Shown: positions 61,588 to 64,000 of the stretch, one piece after another
Position numbering within the stretch: position 1 is the stretch's first letter
Layout of the letters: the number at the start of each line of letters is the position of its first letter
Source of the DNA: a virus
Lineage: Duplodnaviria; Caudoviricetes
Length of the DNA: 64,000 bases
Virus record (IMG/VR): IMGVR_UViG_3300029288_000138
Span: 19,618 to 83,617 of that record
Direction: 5' to 3' (one strand)
The notes under the pieces: generated by a model
The model's input: only the letters and a program-made list of their open reading frames with translations
Databases searched by the model: none
What the model was told of the DNA's origin: nothing
Program-made: the position numbers and the translations under genes

Positions 61588-61658
61588 AGTTTTTATAAAT
61601 TTTTTCTATTTTTTATAAATTTGAAATATATTTATAATAAATAGCACAGGAGTCTAAA

Positions 61659-63608
61659 ATGGACAAAAAAAGAACTTGTTTAGAATGTAATATGGAATTA
61701 ACGAGTACTAGTAAATATTTTATCAAACACATTAAAATAGAACATAACTTATCATATGAAGATTATATTTTAAAACATTATTATAATAACGTCGTTCCAA
61801 CTTGTAACTGCGGGTGCGGCACCAAACTACAATTTTGCAAAATATGCGACGGGCCTTGATACCCAGAATACACTACAAATCATAGAAAAAGAGGTAAAAA
61901 ATTATCTAACTCTGCCAAACAAAATATAAAAAACGGAACAATTGCTGCCACAATTAAAAAATATGGAGTAACATCTTACTTTAAAACTGAAGAATTTAAA
62001 ATCAAAAATAAACAAACTAGATTACTAAAATATGAAAATGAAAATTATAATAACATAGAAAAAAATAAACAAACTAAACTAGAGAAATATGGGAACAAAA
62101 ATTATCACAATTGAAATAAAGCAAAGCAAACAAACCTTGCAAGATATGGTGTAGAATATCCAATGCAGTGCAAAGAAATTCTTTTAACTAGAGACTTAAA
62201 TAACATAAAAAAATATGGATTCAAAAATCATATGCAAAATACTGAATTCAAAACAAAATATTTAGAGAGTAGAAGAATAAAAACGGGGTATATTTCCAAT
62301 CTACTAGATCCGGAATTTAGAAAAAAATATAATAATAATACATCTAAAATAGAAAAGATAGTTTCTGATAAAATAGGAGGTAAAAATAAATTTATACTTG
62401 ATAATCATGAATTTGATATATTAGTTGATAACGATATAATAGAAATTGACGGCAACTTTTATCACCCAAATAAATTAGAAAATTTATCATTCACTCAGAT
62501 TAACAATCTAATTAATGATTATACTAAAGAGCAAATAATAAAAAAACACCCAGAATATAATTTTTATAGAATATATACCTCTATACTGCATAATAATATA
62601 GAAAATATAACAAAAGAATTTATAATTAACAATTCCAATCATAGCAAGAATTATGATATTGCATACAATCAAGTAATAATTGAAAAAGAATATTTTCAGA
62701 AATACAAGGAATTAAAAAGCAAAGATAAACTAGAATCTTACATTCCTCTACTAATCAAATTTATCAGAACGTTTCAACCTAATTTTCCATATCCTGAGTC
62801 AAAAGAATCTATTGAATATGTAATAAAATACATTTCAACAATACCCATTAATTCTGATAAATACTGAAAAAATAATCATTATTCTTCAATAGGCAATGAT
62901 TATCTAAAATCTAAATTTAAATCATACTGGCAATCATCTTTTAAAAATAATTTGAGTCCATATGATGCATTCTATGATAATGAAATTTTGTATAGATTAC
63001 TAAAATACAGAATAGGTATCAATGATAGTAATGAAGTATTTGATTTCTCATTGAAACAAATTCTCAAAGGATTATCTGCTCTAAGATATACTATATCTTT
63101 TTTTAAGCCTACTATTGCAGCATCAATCTATAAAACTTTTTTGAATACTGATACTCCAACTGTATTAGATCCATGTGCTGGTTTTGGTGGCCGATTATTG
63201 GGATTTAAATCTATGTTTCCGAATGGAACATATATTGGCATTGAACCGAGAAAAGAAACATATTCAGAACTATTAGAATTATCAAAAAACTTTAGCAACG
63301 TTGAAATAATCAATAGTAAAATTGAAGATTATAATGATAAATATAACTTTGATATGGTATTTACATCAATCCCATTTTATAATATAGAAAAATATACAGA
63401 AGATAACTTATATCAGTCATGAACAGACTGGGTTGCCCATTTTATAACAAGCATTAAAAAATATAATAACTTGTTTTTAATTATACCAGACATAGATCAA
63501 TATATAAATTTATTTAAAACATACAAAAACAAATATATAATTGAATACAATACATCACATTTCAATAAAAATAATCAAATTAAAAAAGAATTAATTTTAA
63601 ATATATAA
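61659..63608 (+). CDS. Multidomain protein: Zn finger, KYG repeats, Vsr/DUF559-like endonuclease and C-terminal DNA methyltransferase; 4 TGA read as Trp
   Basis: Three track ORFs in one frame; CxCGCG; SKIEK...FDILV...IEIDGNFYH; VLDPCAGFGGRLLG; DMVFTSIPFY. Confidence 0.8.
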
Positions 63609-63770
63609 CAAAGTTTTCTCTTGTTTTTCATTTAATTTTATATTAAATTATAGAGTTATTTAAAATTAAAGATGATCCAGAAATGAGCAATAAACCAAAA
63701 AATCTAAAAACTGGCAACAACTATAAGCGTCGATTCCATGCTATGGTTAGGCTTTAGAAAGGAAAATGAT

Positions 63771-64000
63771 ATGGCAAAGTGTTTAAGGTGTGGTGCTGGG
63801 AATGAATGGATTCAAGGCAAAGTAAGAAACGAGACAGATTCAGACAACAGCCCAAAGCGTCAGGTGGACGCAAGGGGTAACCATTTAAAAGACCTTATCG
63901 GCGCTCTTGACCAATATATAATTAATCCTTATATTATTCTTGAGATGAACGGAAAAACACAAAAAGGAGATGAGAAAATGAATGAGTACAAAGTGACTAT
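63771..64000 (+). CDS. hypothetical protein, truncated by window end
   Basis: GAAAGGA RBS; MAKCLRCGAGNEWIQG...; open to the end. Confidence 0.5.
   Translation, partial: MAKCLRCGAGNEWIQGKVRNETDSDNSPKRQVDARGNHLKDLIGALDQYIINPYIILEMNGKTQKGDEKMNEYKVT
63841..63880. repeat. Dispersed hairpin element, copy 2
   Basis: CAGACAAC-AGCCC-AAA-GCGTC-aggtg-GACGC-AA-GGGGT. Confidence 0.65.

Noticed and set aside
172-63313. All minus-strand ORFs in the track
   Set aside because: Each is antisense to a well-supported + strand gene (often one restored by TGA read-through) or to a candidate RNA; none has an RBS or recognisable motif.
5166-63608. TGA=Gly (code 25), or mass pseudogenisation of structural genes
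   Set aside because: TGA alternates with TGG in repeats and occupies conserved Trp columns. Frames stay open across TGA without frameshifts in essential genes.
1-64000. Phage release factor or TrpRS supporting the code switch
   Set aside because: None is recognisable in this window; they may lie elsewhere in the genome.

Overview
This window is part of an AT-rich jumbo/huge phage genome with T4-like head genes (gp23-like capsid, gp21-like protease, portal, terminase). All supportable genes are on the + strand. Its main property is a split genetic code. Genes behind a conserved ~50-bp sigma70-like early promoter (TTGTTT..N17-18..TATATTAAATTATAGAGTTATTTAAAA) use only TGG for Trp and read correctly in code 11. 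Primase, the SbcCD nuclease, tail, lysis, packaging and most head-associated genes (mostly behind a TATTTATA late motif) use in-frame TGA as Trp. This is why the supplied ORF track shatters them or misses them entirely (for example the terminase). The matching decoder appears to be in the window at 31018-31320: a Trp-type tRNA whose UCA anticodon is split by a 211-nt group I intron. After splicing it would carry two tandem anticodon arms, UCA and CCA. The window also holds 21 ordinary tRNAs, two non-canonical tRNA-like RNAs and several orphan structured RNAs. It encodes an RNA-repair toolkit (Rnl2-type ligase, RtcB, CCA-adding enzyme, phosphoesterase), a portal with two inteins (one starting with Pro and carrying an HNH domain), a TnpB-like gene, bS21, and about 17 small genes sharing N-terminal capsid-targeting-like leaders. 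All TGA-extended coordinates, codon counts and RNA folds were worked out by hand. Family names come from motif recognition, not database searches.
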